Notes: a model not told the origin generated them from the letters alone. A DNA stretch of 64,000 nt from Blastocatellia bacterium (GCA_963765495.1 CAVXWP010000001.1:1-64000); one strand, 5' to 3'; positions 29,138 through 39,727 are shown, counted from the stretch's first letter. Numbers and translations are program-made.

Positions 29138-30883
29138 TTACGGAACTTGATAATCTCCACTGGCAAGCTCAATATCGCGCAACGTATCTTCGGCCTTCTG
29201 AAGACAACCGCGACATTCCCTTTCGTCCTTTGCTTGCAAAGGGCAACCGGGACATTCGGGTCGCCCCGCCAGAGCCTTTTGCGCAAGTTTGAGAGCCGTT
29301 GTCGCGTAGGAGCGAGCTTCATCCAATCGGTTAAGGTACAGGCATGCCAGCGCCACATTTTGATTAGGCTTGGCATAGTTGCCAACCCCTATCGCGGCCA
29401 GGCCATGGTTGACCGCCTCTTCAAAGAGCTTGATGCTTTCCTCTTCAACGCCCGCAATTTGCCCTTTCTCCGGGTTAGCCTGCATTTGCTCCAAAGCGAG
29501 AAGCACCTCGCGCGCTGCTAACGTGTTCCAATAAGACGTTACTTCGGGGCTTGCTTTCGTCGCCAGACGAAGCAGATTAACACTGCCGGCGATGTCCCCT
29601 TCCTGACGAAGTATCTCGGCCCTCATGCTGGTGATCATAGAGAGAGGATCGCTGTTGGGATGACATAGCTCGGCCATCGCAAGGTGCAGTCGCGCCTTAC
29701 CGAAGTCTTCAGCTAGTAGTGCTTGTTGTGCCCAGAATATTCTCTGCTTAAACATATCGACCTGTTTCTCTTTGATCTCATGCCACATCGCTTGCGTTTG
29801 ACCGAGGTTCGCCTCACGGCATCCCATCTGCTCGGCTTTTTCCAGGCACAATATTGCTTCTTGCGGTTCACAGACTAAGTCCGACAAGTTCAACCATGCG
29901 TTTATATAAGCCGGATTGAGAGCGATTGCTTCCCGAAACTCGCTGATCGCGTCGTTAACATCGCTAATATCCCTCAAGAAACAGCCATAATTGTAATGAC
30001 TGAGATAGATATTAGGATCAATATCAATAGCGCGGCGAAACTCCTTGTGAGCCTCCGGCCTTCGGTCTAATTCTGCATATGCATCCGCCAGACTCATCGC
30101 AACATCGGCAGACTGCGGATAAGCGCCTCGCGCCGGTTCAAGCAAGGCTAACACGCCGGTATAATCCTTAGAGTTTGCCATTGCCTGTGCGGTCTTCAGG
30201 ATTTCCCTCAGCGTTTCAACACTCCCATCAGGTGGTTTTTTGACTTCGCTCATTTTCTTTGATGGTAAGTTGGCTTGATTAACCACGGGGATTGGTATTC
30301 CGGGCGGCAAGTCTGCGTCATTACTGGTCGCCATCGGTTTGGCCTCTCTTTTCTTCACAGATAAGTCGTAAATCAGGTCTGAGGTGTCATCGTTAGTGAG
30401 ATTGAGAGACGGCAAAAATGCTCCTATCCCCGCGCAGGCGAAAAAGCCGCAGACAGCGCCTAGAATGATTATGCCGAGCAGGTCGCCAATGCCCTGGATT
30501 CGCATCGCGGCCCAGGTCTCATCCGGCATCCTGGCGAGCGCCGTGACCAGATCAGTATTTAGCGTCAGGATGACCCTTGCGCCCGAGGCAAGAACACTGC
30601 CGATTATCACGCCAAGCTGTGGGCAAAAGAGCATTGCGGCAGGCATTCGTCTTTCCGGCCTCAATGGTTGCTCAAGCCATTTTCCGGCCCTGGCTGGTCC
30701 GCGCAGGACTCCTGCCAGAAACCCGCCAGCCATCCCATTGGCGATAGAGCTTATCATTATCTCGGACCATATGAGTGAAAGGCTTTCTTTGTACGCCACT
30801 GCCAAAAGGATCAGTCCTGTCAAGCAGGCCAGGACTGTCCCAAGAAAAACACCTATCATTCCAGCCTGAATTCTTTTCATCAC
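29138..30883 (-). CDS. Multi-TM protein with TPR array and C-terminal Cys motif
   Basis: Gly-rich TM N-terminus; TPRs 'AHKEFRRAIDIDPN', 'AISEFREAIALNPAYINAWLNL'; 'ECPGCP...ECRGC'. Confidence 0.8.
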   Translation of the reverse strand: MMKRIQAGMIGVFLGTVLACLTGLILLAVAYKESLSLIWSEIMISSIANGMAGGFLAGVLRGPARAGKWLEQPLRPERRMPAAMLFCPQLGVIIGSVLASGARVILTLNTDLVTALARMPDETWAAMRIQGIGDLLGIIILGAVCGFFACAGIGAFLPSLNLTNDDTSDLIYDLSVKKREAKPMATSNDADLPPGIPIPVVNQANLPSKKMSEVKKPPDGSVETLREILKTAQAMANSKDYTGVLALLEPARGAYPQSADVAMSLADAYAELDRRPEAHKEFRRAIDIDPNIYLSHYNYGCFLRDISDVNDAISEFREAIALNPAYINAWLNLSDLVCEPQEAILCLEKAEQMGCREANLGQTQAMWHEIKEKQVDMFKQRIFWAQQALLAEDFGKARLHLAMAELCHPNSDPLSMITSMRAEILRQEGDIAGSVNLLRLATKASPEVTSYWNTLAAREVLLALEQMQANPEKGQIAGVEEESIKLFEEAVNHGLAAIGVGNYAKPNQNVALACLYLNRLDEARSYATTALKLAQKALAGRPECPGCPLQAKDERECRGCLQKAEDTLRDIELASGDYQVP

Positions 30884-30949
30884 GACAACCAGCCTTGTAT
30901 CCGCACCAGGAAAGCGGAAGGATATATGCCGATCAGCCTGACTTCATTG

Positions 30950-33900
30950 TTATCCTTGTTCCTGCAGGGCCAGGCTCTCGCGCCGAGGCTCTGCCAGGTC
31001 GCCTTCGACTTGCCGAGAGTCTTTTTTGTTTGTGTGCCCGATGCAAGTCATTGCCCAGTAGTATGGATGATTAAATTTTCTAAAGCGCTTCTCATTGATA
31101 AATAAACACTGCGCGCGCCTGAGCGATGGGGCAACAGATTCGCCGGACGCAAGACCTTTGAAGACCTCGTTGAGCAAAATATTTGCTGAACCTACATGTA
31201 CGGCATAGTGCGCCGCTAGAATTGAGCGCGCTCCCTTCGCCAGAAAAGCAGTGGTCATGCTTTCCCACTCACCGCTGAAAGGAGAGTTTTGTTGTTGTGC
31301 AAAACAGGCAAGCAGCGCCAGCAGGTTACAATCTAAATCCACAGATGAATAGATATCCTTCAAAGTTAAATCCCAGTTGGCAGGGAAGCTTCTAAGCTGT
31401 TTGTCCTTGGCCCCGAAATGCAAAAGCGGTGTGGGCCACTGTTCACCATGGGCTACGATCATGATGCGCTGGTAGTCTTTGATCGAATCAAAAAGCTCTC
31501 GCCACGTACGCCCTGCCGAATTGCCATCCTGGCCGCCGTATCTGGTGATCACGCCCTTTTCGGATATAAGCCCAACATCCATCGATTTAGGTTCGTTATC
31601 GTTGTTCACAAAATCGCCTGATATTAATTTGAGAAGACTATCTGAACCGTTCTGGTTATTTTTAGAGGTCCGAATATTGGCCAGCCACTGGAGGCTGGGA
31701 CAAACTACAACTTCGTATTGTTGGATCAGAAAGGAGCGACCATCGTGCAGCGCGCAGAACGGAAGGTCATTAAAGATGCTGCCGAACGGCACGATTACAA
31801 TCCGCGAGATGCTGCGCGCTGCATGCGCGGAGTTGAGAATCTGCTGAATCTGTGGGACTCCTATTAGAGCCGAGTATAGTCTTCGCGCTCCGCTTCTGTC
31901 AGGGTCAAATTCCGCCGATCTGATTGGTCGCAGAGACCGGGCTTGTTCCTCCGGCTTTTCAATCCATTCCAATTCTGTTCCAAAAGGGTAAGCCACGGCA
32001 TTTTGCGGGTTTTCCGGGTCATAAGCCGAGCCAATATACTTCTTTAAATTTCGGGCGGCTCTGAATAATTTCCTGGCAGCCGCTTTGCGATAACAGATAG
32101 CTTCACCCAATCCCTTGCGTGTGGCGGGTATTATGGCAAGCAATGCATCGCACGAATCGACCGGCGATATTCGCTCCTCACGCGCAAAAACCTGTAAAAC
32201 CAGCGTATCCGGCTCAGCTATACCCTGATTGAGCAATTCTTTACAGGGAAGAAAATCCACTGCAATCGAATCCGGCAACATCTGTTCACTGATATCTTTC
32301 TCAAGCAACCAGTCCCAGTCATATTTTTGAGTGGTTGACGAGACGTGGCCCGCCAGTCTCTCAAGCTCGACTTCGGATTTGCCGGACTCAAGGCAATACT
32401 CAATCGCGGTTGCCTCTACGAGGCGGGCTTCTGACACTTCGATAGGCAGTGCCACGGCTTTGTTTGTTGAGGCGGAAAGGTAAACCTCTACGAGCCTGCG
32501 ACATTTAGCACGTTCGCAGTATTCAAAGGCTCGTGCAGCCCAATCTTTATCCGGTTCTCTTAATTGCAACTCCAGCAGCGTTTCGATCAAATAGCCGTAG
32601 ACATCCTGATGTTCGTGAAGCAACACGGCGCGGGCAAGGGCTGGTCCGGCATTTGGTCGAATCTTCTCTATGATTTCAACCGCCTGTTCGAGGTCACGAC
32701 AGGCAGCGCGGAGATTGCCCATTTTTCTAAATGCCATACCGCGACGAGAGTGAGCGAGGATCATTTCCATCTCATCGCCTAGCTGCCGGGCTGACAACAC
32801 GGCATGCCCCAATAGCTGGATTGCTTTATTCAGAGCTTCCGGCTTGATGACATTCCCAGATGCATCGAGCGAGATGTTGATCCTGCTCAATCCCGAAATG
32901 CTCAAATCCTGCGAGAATCCGCCGCTCCCGATTGAATCCAGAAGCGATTGTTGCTCTTCATAATGTTGCACCGCCTGTTCGAATTTCCCTTTTTTCCAAC
33001 AGATCTCAGCAATGCAGCCGATCTGTCTGGCCTCTGCGATTACCACTCTTTTTTCTTTGGTTGGCAACTTGCTCACTAAGGACAGCGCTTGACGATGGCA
33101 GGCCAGGGCACAGTCGAGCCATGAATCTCCATCAATGTGCAGTCCCTGCTTTCTCAAAATTGTGATGTTGTGGGCAGCACTAAAGCTTTGCCACCACATC
33201 TCGTCTATCTGATCGGAGAGTCGCGCAAGCGTTTGATAGATCAGACCCTTATTCCCCCAGGCGTTTGCGGCCATCAGGATGTTTCCTAACTGGACAAAGA
33301 TTTTTATTGCTTCGTCCAGGTGGTCAAGAGCATCCTGACGACCCGAGGTCCATCGGGTTTCCATGTATATATGACTCAATTCGTTGTGACAGTCTGCTTG
33401 CCCGTGCAAATCATAAGACTTAATCGTCAAATCCAGGGCTTCTTCGTAAAGCTCACAGGCAAGTCGAAATTCAGCTAACGGCGCACAACTCTTGGCAAGG
33501 CTGCGCGCGCAAGTAGCGATATGCCTGACCTCTTTCTCTTGTCGATAGATTTCCAGCGCCCGCATATAGTGATCGCGCGCTTTTTTCCAGCGCTGTAGCC
33601 TCTGACTATCAAACCCGCGCATCTCCTCTAATACAGCGGTTCTAAGATGGTTCTCTCGGATCGCGACGATCTCTTTCACTTGATCTGGCGAGCGGGCATC
33701 CACCGCTCCAAACCAAACCAGCAGCGTGCCCGGATTATTTCTTTCGACCTCAAGTAAATGCCTGGCCAGTTTCTGATGTTCCTGCCGGTTAAGCGAAGCG
33801 CGGGGAATGAGTAGGACCGTTCCATCTACACCCGACTGAATAAACAGATCGGATGAGAAACCCGCAAAACGACGTAGAGTGGCAAAGAAACTATATTGAA

Positions 33901-34309
33901 ATGGTGTTGTTAGGCGTAAATCTTCGCCTCCAATAGATAATAAAACCGACTTCCTCTTCGACAAACTCAATAGTTGGCGGAAGCTCCAGGGAAGTTCCGA
34001 GACACGGGCGATTTCTTTCCATTTTACGCCCCCTCGCCTCTGATTATCAGTAAGATGATGCGCAAGCCTTTGAGAGCCTATTCGGAGGCCCTCGTCGTCA
34101 ATCACGATGCGGAATGAAAACAGGTATACGTCTATCGCAAGTCTGCAAGCAAAAACAACAGCAACAGCCAGGATGGCGATCATATGCCACCTGGGGAAGA
34201 GCATCCACAATATAGCCGCGCAAACGGTACAAATAGCTCCCGTTAACGCGGCCCGCCCGAGGAGCTTGCCCCCAATGGAGGGGGTGGATTCAGGGTTTGA
34301 AGCAGTCAT
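30950..34309 (-). CDS. Membrane-anchored TPR-CHAT (caspase-like) protease
   Basis: Two TM helices + PH-like region; TPRs; 'AFEYCERAKCR', 'IVIVPFG...LPFCALHDGRSFLIQ', His 'IVAHG', Cys 'LLACF', 'HPYYWA'. Confidence 0.88.
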   Translation of the reverse strand: MTASNPESTPSIGGKLLGRAALTGAICTVCAAILWMLFPRWHMIAILAVAVVFACRLAIDVYLFSFRIVIDDEGLRIGSQRLAHHLTDNQRRGGVKWKEIARVSELPWSFRQLLSLSKRKSVLLSIGGEDLRLTTPFQYSFFATLRRFAGFSSDLFIQSGVDGTVLLIPRASLNRQEHQKLARHLLEVERNNPGTLLVWFGAVDARSPDQVKEIVAIRENHLRTAVLEEMRGFDSQRLQRWKKARDHYMRALEIYRQEKEVRHIATCARSLAKSCAPLAEFRLACELYEEALDLTIKSYDLHGQADCHNELSHIYMETRWTSGRQDALDHLDEAIKIFVQLGNILMAANAWGNKGLIYQTLARLSDQIDEMWWQSFSAAHNITILRKQGLHIDGDSWLDCALACHRQALSLVSKLPTKEKRVVIAEARQIGCIAEICWKKGKFEQAVQHYEEQQSLLDSIGSGGFSQDLSISGLSRINISLDASGNVIKPEALNKAIQLLGHAVLSARQLGDEMEMILAHSRRGMAFRKMGNLRAACRDLEQAVEIIEKIRPNAGPALARAVLLHEHQDVYGYLIETLLELQLREPDKDWAARAFEYCERAKCRRLVEVYLSASTNKAVALPIEVSEARLVEATAIEYCLESGKSEVELERLAGHVSSTTQKYDWDWLLEKDISEQMLPDSIAVDFLPCKELLNQGIAEPDTLVLQVFAREERISPVDSCDALLAIIPATRKGLGEAICYRKAAARKLFRAARNLKKYIGSAYDPENPQNAVAYPFGTELEWIEKPEEQARSLRPIRSAEFDPDRSGARRLYSALIGVPQIQQILNSAHAARSISRIVIVPFGSIFNDLPFCALHDGRSFLIQQYEVVVCPSLQWLANIRTSKNNQNGSDSLLKLISGDFVNNDNEPKSMDVGLISEKGVITRYGGQDGNSAGRTWRELFDSIKDYQRIMIVAHGEQWPTPLLHFGAKDKQLRSFPANWDLTLKDIYSSVDLDCNLLALLACFAQQQNSPFSGEWESMTTAFLAKGARSILAAHYAVHVGSANILLNEVFKGLASGESVAPSLRRAQCLFINEKRFRKFNHPYYWAMTCIGHTNKKDSRQVEGDLAEPRRESLALQEQG

Positions 34310-34992
34310 ACCAGTCTATCTCGTACGCACATGGATTGCGCCCAGGGAATTAGAATGAAGGGGTAGAGTAAGCCGAAGAATGCCCCCGACCACCAGGCTA
34401 TGTGCAGTATCATACATTGAATAATGCCTGTGATTATCCCTACGGCGAGCGGTAGGGATCTATAGAGAAGAAACCCCATTTCCTGTTTTCCTCGCTGTTG
34501 GAAAACGTCAGCGGCTCTCACCGCGAAACAAATAAGCATGCCCGATGCCATACCACCACCAAGCGTCAATAGACCGGCCTTCATAGCCGGATAATTTTTC
34601 ACGGATTCGGCCCCGCCGAATCCGATGACGAACTGGAAAATAGACAGAATCGACCAGACCATCGAACCGGTGCTGGAATAATGCCAGAGCGATCCGAGAA
34701 ACGATTCGACCTTGCGATTTCCTTTCCCCAATTTGGTAAATAGAGCAGCGAAAAACATGCCGACGGTGAAACCGAATGCTAATGGAACAAAGAAGATGAG
34801 AGTCTTCTTGCCGAGAGATACGTCCTGCAATGAGGTGGAATTCCATAGCACATCCATCGGTATTTCCAGCAGATGGCAAAACAGATAGAGGCTGGATAGG
34901 CTCGCGCTGATAAAGCCCAAGAAGAACCCGAAACGCATGTAAACCGGGCTTGCCTCACCTGAATTTATATCCGATTCTGCATTTCTGGACAC
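34306..34992 (-). CDS. Multi-pass membrane protein
   Basis: About six hydrophobic helices; ATGA overlap with the CHAT gene. Confidence 0.7.
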   Translation of the reverse strand: MSRNAESDINSGEASPVYMRFGFFLGFISASLSSLYLFCHLLEIPMDVLWNSTSLQDVSLGKKTLIFFVPLAFGFTVGMFFAALFTKLGKGNRKVESFLGSLWHYSSTGSMVWSILSIFQFVIGFGGAESVKNYPAMKAGLLTLGGGMASGMLICFAVRAADVFQQRGKQEMGFLLYRSLPLAVGIITGIIQCMILHIAWWSGAFFGLLYPFILIPWAQSMCVRDRLV

Positions 34993-35049
34993 TTATGATC
35001 CTCTTTTCCCGTTCAGCGTCACAAACGCCTACGGTCAAAAGTCGTGTGA

Positions 35050-35706
35050 CTATGGGCATACAATTACGATTATCTGCTCAAGGGGGAGAGCCTCGAAATA
35101 AGCAACCCAACACTCTTTTTCACAAATGCTGCTGGGGTCCTGAGCCCTTTCGCGGATATATCGCGATTCTTTTTCCGGTTCTGTGGTGATAATTTGCCCA
35201 TCTTCCAACAAAAGCTCGATGTGCGGAGGAGTCTGTTCAAAGTTGTTTTCGCAAGGAACAACTACGGTGATCATTCTCTCGCTATCCAGAGCTTCAAGCA
35301 TTGATCCTGTCGGCACCTGCTCTGATGGCAGGAAATCCATTTCGCCACGCTCGACCGTGTCGATTGACTGCTCCCCCGCTGCTCTCGCGTTTATCTCTGC
35401 CATTGCGTAACTGGGCAGGGGCGTGAAGAGGTTGGGCCTATTAAAGTTCACCACAATAGCTGCCACCGCGCGCTTTGCCTGCGCCTCCCGGTCAGCTTTG
35501 GCCAGGGCAAGTCCCTGCAATGTTTCCGCATAGGATTGAGCAGATAAATGCCGTAAAGCAGAGAACATTCTTGCATTGTCTAGGCAACCCGGGCAATCGG
35601 TGAAGTGATGCTCTAAATCAATTTCGCCGCTCTCGGATAGCCTCGCCGCAAAGTAGTCCTCTAACTCATCCACAGTTATATGGTCCCTACCTCTTTCCTC
35701 GCTCAT
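35050..35706 (-). CDS. Zinc-finger (zf-HC2/ZAS) anti-sigma factor, apparently soluble
   Basis: 'DHITVDELEDYF...LEHHFTDCPGC' (H..HxxxCxxC); follows the sigma gene; no clear TM; likely start MSEERGRDH. Confidence 0.8.
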   Translation of the reverse strand: MSEERGRDHITVDELEDYFAARLSESGEIDLEHHFTDCPGCLDNARMFSALRHLSAQSYAETLQGLALAKADREAQAKRAVAAIVVNFNRPNLFTPLPSYAMAEINARAAGEQSIDTVERGEMDFLPSEQVPTGSMLEALDSERMITVVVPCENNFEQTPPHIELLLEDGQIITTEPEKESRYIRERAQDPSSICEKECWVAYFEALPLEQIIVIVCP

Positions 35707-35778
35707 AAAGCCTTCTTTCGTTAATACAGTTGCCGAAAGGGTTTCTCGCAACCTGGATCGAGAAAATTCCGGCAGAAG

Positions 35779-37044
35779 TCACTTTGACCGTTTTCGGGCC
35801 AACTCTCGTATAAGACGCCTAAATACGGCATTCCACCAACGCACAACGTCATCACAGGCTTTTTTTTTGTATTCCTTTGCCTCCGGCGTATTCTCAGGTT
35901 TGTGGGTGTAGTACTCTCGTAGAAACGTCCCTCCTACGACACGCTCTGCCAAGTCCAGGTAAATTCCCAGCGTCTTGGGCGGTATACCTGCATCTTTGAG
36001 AAGCAGAGGCATCCGAGCGCGAAGTGATTCGAACAACTCGAGCGTTTTTTGATCCGATACTATTTGATGGAACTCTTCTTCGAGGCGGCTCTCAAGCTCT
36101 CTTAGGTCAATATCAGATAATTCCTCCACCACTTCGCCGGGTTTCCATTCCAAGAGTTTACAGAAGCCGAAAACGATTGACTGATGCGGTGGATTGGGGC
36201 TTCCGCAAGCTATTCGAATAGCATTTTTGTATAATGAAAGGCGCATAATAGCGTCTTCGTTTTCACGAAGGTGCGGTTGTGCAATGCGCTCAATTATTTC
36301 TGTATCATCGTCTCGAAATTCTGCGTCTGGAAAACGTGCGGAGAACTCGCTAAATAGTTCGTGGACCTTTGCCCGGTCTTTTCGTACTTTGAAGAAACGC
36401 AACAACTCGTAGTGAGCCCTTTGTTTGGCAAAAGAGAGAAAACTTCCATGTACATGGTCGTAATTCTTTAAATTTTTCAAGACAGCGACCCACGCATCCT
36501 GAGCTATATCCTCAGCGTCCTGATTGTTATAGACGTGACTTTCTATGTATACCTTAATTTCGCGGTAATAACGTTCGCCCAAGATGTCTAAACTGGCTTG
36601 ATTTCCATTCTTAGCGTCCACGGCGGTTAAAACGTCATCCAGGTCTATCGTGCTTATGTTTCGCCACCACCTATCAAGATGCTCCTTTCCGGCGTCTATA
36701 CTATATGCTCCCAGAGTAGTATTACCCGTAACCTGAGTCAGTAGATTTTTGTAAACGGTTATAATCTTCTTGTTATTGGTGGTCTGTTCCAGAGGGAGGC
36801 TAAGTCTTTGGCGCAGGCTATCGAGGCTGTTAGTATCAAAAATACTTGGAAATCTTTTTTTGCACTCGCTGTCGATTTGATCCACGAGATTGGCGAGAGT
36901 TTTGTCAAAGATTTCTTTCTCGATACTTGACTTTTCCCGCCAGCCAAACAGCTTAATGAAGGTAAAGGCTATTACAAGATGTGGGGGGCTGGGGCTGGAA
37001 AATGTTACCCGCAGCATCTCTTGTTGATTTGGGGCCATCATCAT
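35779..37044 (-). CDS. ECF-like sigma-70 factor with a duplicated ~120-aa domain flanking region 2
   Basis: Sigma region 2 'NNQDAEDIAQDAWVAVLKNLKNYD...SFLSF'; PPH..I.F.F.KL..W...RWW domain present at both ends. Confidence 0.75.
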   Translation of the reverse strand: MMMAPNQQEMLRVTFSSPSPPHLVIAFTFIKLFGWREKSSIEKEIFDKTLANLVDQIDSECKKRFPSIFDTNSLDSLRQRLSLPLEQTTNNKKIITVYKNLLTQVTGNTTLGAYSIDAGKEHLDRWWRNISTIDLDDVLTAVDAKNGNQASLDILGERYYREIKVYIESHVYNNQDAEDIAQDAWVAVLKNLKNYDHVHGSFLSFAKQRAHYELLRFFKVRKDRAKVHELFSEFSARFPDAEFRDDDTEIIERIAQPHLRENEDAIMRLSLYKNAIRIACGSPNPPHQSIVFGFCKLLEWKPGEVVEELSDIDLRELESRLEEEFHQIVSDQKTLELFESLRARMPLLLKDAGIPPKTLGIYLDLAERVVGGTFLREYYTHKPENTPEAKEYKKKACDDVVRWWNAVFRRLIRELARKRSK

Positions 37045-37992
37045 CGCTCCGCTGCTCTTTGAAGTTCAAACAATCAGTAAAGATCAATGTCTGTTTAGAA
37101 AGCTGCTACTCGAACTCATGTGACGCAACGAAGGTGTGTAGGTACTGAAGCTCGAGGCGGCCGATGCGATTATATACCTACTCGAGAAAATAACCAATAA
37201 GGGGTTACCCTGAGTCATGCCCAGCGAAAATAAAAGCCTGTAGCTTTGCTATCAAAAAGCAAGTTTAGAAACTTGGCTGATTCTCTCAGTAATTTCAATG
37301 CTATCTGTACCCACGACAACACTACTCGCTTCTTTTTTCGGGTGCAGAATTTATCTCTGTAGCCAGCCTTATTTCCTCGCTTGAATTCAAGTTTCGAAAA
37401 GACATCGATATAACGACAATATTATTGCTCTAAGCGAGCCAAGATCGAGGTTCATTAAACGGATAATGACAAGGAGGATGAGGCTTCGATAAGAGAGGGG
37501 CGAAGTGTTGGAGTCCTTCAAGGCTGTATGCAGTGCGCAAGGTTGTTGGTTGCTGCCAAATTTATCCGGCATTGATTGCAGAAATTCACGAGTAATCACT
37601 CGTGCTTCTATTCATGGTCCCTATCCCCTTTTGCGAATCCATCTCTCTCAAATTTCTATAATATGGCCGGTTCTTTGTCCTAAAGTCTGCATTAACAAAT
37701 AAGTCCGGCCCGAAGCAATGCGGGACAGCTAAGATATATACGCTTGTGTGTGATGGCCTACTGTATTTTGGGGTAGCGGCGCATGGCCGCGAGACGACGA
37801 TCTACAAACTGAGGCGTCCATAATTTTAGTAGGAGATGCCATCTAAATCGCTCTTGTTTGAAACATTTACATTTGCTGATTAACTTCTGATCAGGTTTGA
37901 TCCGCGAAAACCGCCCGCCCCGTGGTAGTCTCGGATCATTTAAGATTAGATTGCTTTGGAGATTTGCTTTTATCAATCTTTTGCTTTTCGAT

Positions 37993-39288
37993 TTAGCTGG
38001 TCGCAGATCCCGAATGTAAATCAACTTTCTGGTCCCGGACCTCGCGCAGTCGCCGCTCGAGAAATCGGCGCTCGCTATCATTGGTGACTAACGCCAGCGC
38101 CAGTTCGTAGCTCTGAGCCGCCTGTAGAAAAGAGCCCGCGCGGCGTAACAGATCGGCTCGCGCGGCATAAAACAGGTGATAGTCCTCAAGCTCTACAGCG
38201 AGCGCATCCAGGAGAGCGAGTGCTGTTTCAGGTCCTTCTACCATGGCGACCGCCACCGCCCGGTTCAGCGACACTACGGGAGAGGGTTGCAGGCGTTCGA
38301 GCAAGCTGTAAAGCCTGACAATTTGCGGCCAGTTCGTATCTTCGGCTCGCGCCGCCTGACAATGCAGAGCCGCAATCGCCGCCTGCACTCCGAACGGCCC
38401 GGGACCACCCTGTAGCGATTCCTCGACGAGCGGAAGTGCCTCGGCGATCTGCTGTCTGTTCCACAGGCGGCGGTCCTGCTCTTCAAGCAGTACGAGATCG
38501 CCGTCTCGATCAAGACGGGCATCACGCCTTGAATCGTGCAGCAACATCAGAGCGACCAGACCCGTCACTTCCGCTGGAGCGCGGGGCGTCATCAACCCCC
38601 TCACGAGATGCCCGAGACGTATGGCCTCGGCGCAGAGATCGGTCCTCATAAGCGGCTCGCCCCGAGTCGCCAGATAACCTTCGTTGAAGATGAGATAGAT
38701 CACTGTCAGCACCGCGTCCAGCCGCGCGGGCATATCGCTTGTATCGGGGACCGTATATGGAATGCCCGCATCACGAATCTTGCGCTTGGCGCGCACGAGC
38801 CGTTGCGCCATCGTCGGCGCGGGGACGAGAAACGCGCGCGCGATTTCATCCGTCTGGAGGCCGCCCAGCATGCGCAGCGTCAGCGCGACCTGTGCCTCCG
38901 GTGCCAGCGCCGGATGACAGCAGGTAAAGATCAGTCGCAGTCGGTCGTCGGGGATTTCGCCGTTATCATAACTCGGTTCTATGCTGGTCGGGATCAGCCC
39001 GGAGGCGGCATACCATTCAAGCTTTTCCTCAATCCGCTTGCGGCGACGGAGACGGTCAATGGCTTTGTATCTGGCTGCCTTGATGATCCACGCGCGCGGA
39101 AACTCAGGGATGCCATCGGTCGGCCATTGATTCACGGCAACTGCAAAGGCTTCCTGCGCCGCCTCTTCGGCGAGGTCGAAGTCGCCAAAAAACCGGATCA
39201 GCGCAGCGATGATCCGGCCCCAATCGGAGCGGTAAACTCCGTCAATCGCGTGGTTTACATCTGTTTTTGCTTCTGGAATCATACTCAA
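37993..39288 (-). CDS. ECF42-type RNA polymerase sigma factor with C-terminal DUF6596/TPR extension
   Basis: 'GDFDLAEEAAQEAF', 'IPDDRLRLIFTCCHPAL', 'MAQRLVRAKRKI', 'YLIFNEGY', 'LEEQDRRLW'. Confidence 0.9.
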   Translation of the reverse strand: MSMIPEAKTDVNHAIDGVYRSDWGRIIAALIRFFGDFDLAEEAAQEAFAVAVNQWPTDGIPEFPRAWIIKAARYKAIDRLRRRKRIEEKLEWYAASGLIPTSIEPSYDNGEIPDDRLRLIFTCCHPALAPEAQVALTLRMLGGLQTDEIARAFLVPAPTMAQRLVRAKRKIRDAGIPYTVPDTSDMPARLDAVLTVIYLIFNEGYLATRGEPLMRTDLCAEAIRLGHLVRGLMTPRAPAEVTGLVALMLLHDSRRDARLDRDGDLVLLEEQDRRLWNRQQIAEALPLVEESLQGGPGPFGVQAAIAALHCQAARAEDTNWPQIVRLYSLLERLQPSPVVSLNRAVAVAMVEGPETALALLDALAVELEDYHLFYAARADLLRRAGSFLQAAQSYELALALVTNDSERRFLERRLREVRDQKVDLHSGSATS

Positions 39289-39310
39289 TTATAGAGATTT
39301 TCCGGCGTGG

Positions 39311-39337
39311 TGTCGATTTGAGCCCGCGCCGTTCGAC
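39311..39337 (+). promoter_or_regulatory. ECF42-type target promoter driving yciI-VOC-doxX
   Basis: TGTCGA-17 bp-CGAC, matching the ECF42 promoter motif as recalled from the literature; lies between the sigma gene and the YciI gene. Confidence 0.6.
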
Positions 39338-39370
39338 TTACTTATGAAGACAAACAATGGAGGCTGGCAA

Positions 39371-39727
39371 ATGAAATACATGCTGCTGATTTATCTCGAA
39401 GAGAATGCCCTGAGCGAAACCGAGCGGGAAGAGTGTTATGTGAAGTCTGCGCAACTCGCGCAAGAACTCCATTCAAAGAGGCAGTTTCTGGCTACCGCTC
39501 CGCTCCATCCCGTGGCGACGGCAACCAGCGTTCGCGTGCGCGACGGCAAAAGGTTTGTGACTGGCGGTCCGTTTGCCGAGACACGCGAACAACTGGGCGG
39601 GTTCTTCCTGATTGATGCCAGGGATCTCGACGAGGCCATCTCAATCGCCGGGCAGATCCCAGGCGCAAGCGTAGGAACTGTCGAAATTCGTCCGGTGATC
39701 GAAGTTTCAGGGGTGCCGGAAAAGTAG
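39371..39727 (+). CDS. YciI/DGPF-family protein
   Basis: 'MKYMLLIY...ATSVRVRDGKRFVTGGPFAETREQLGGFFLIDARDLDEAI...VEIRP'. Confidence 0.9.
   Translation: MKYMLLIYLEENALSETEREECYVKSAQLAQELHSKRQFLATAPLHPVATATSVRVRDGKRFVTGGPFAETREQLGGFFLIDARDLDEAISIAGQIPGASVGTVEIRPVIEVSGVPEK

Noticed and set aside
37045-37990. Right boundary (attR) of the island as a duplicate of the tRNA 3' end
   Set aside because: No copy of GTTCGAATCCTCCAGGGGCCA was seen; the boundary is inferred only from composition and gene content
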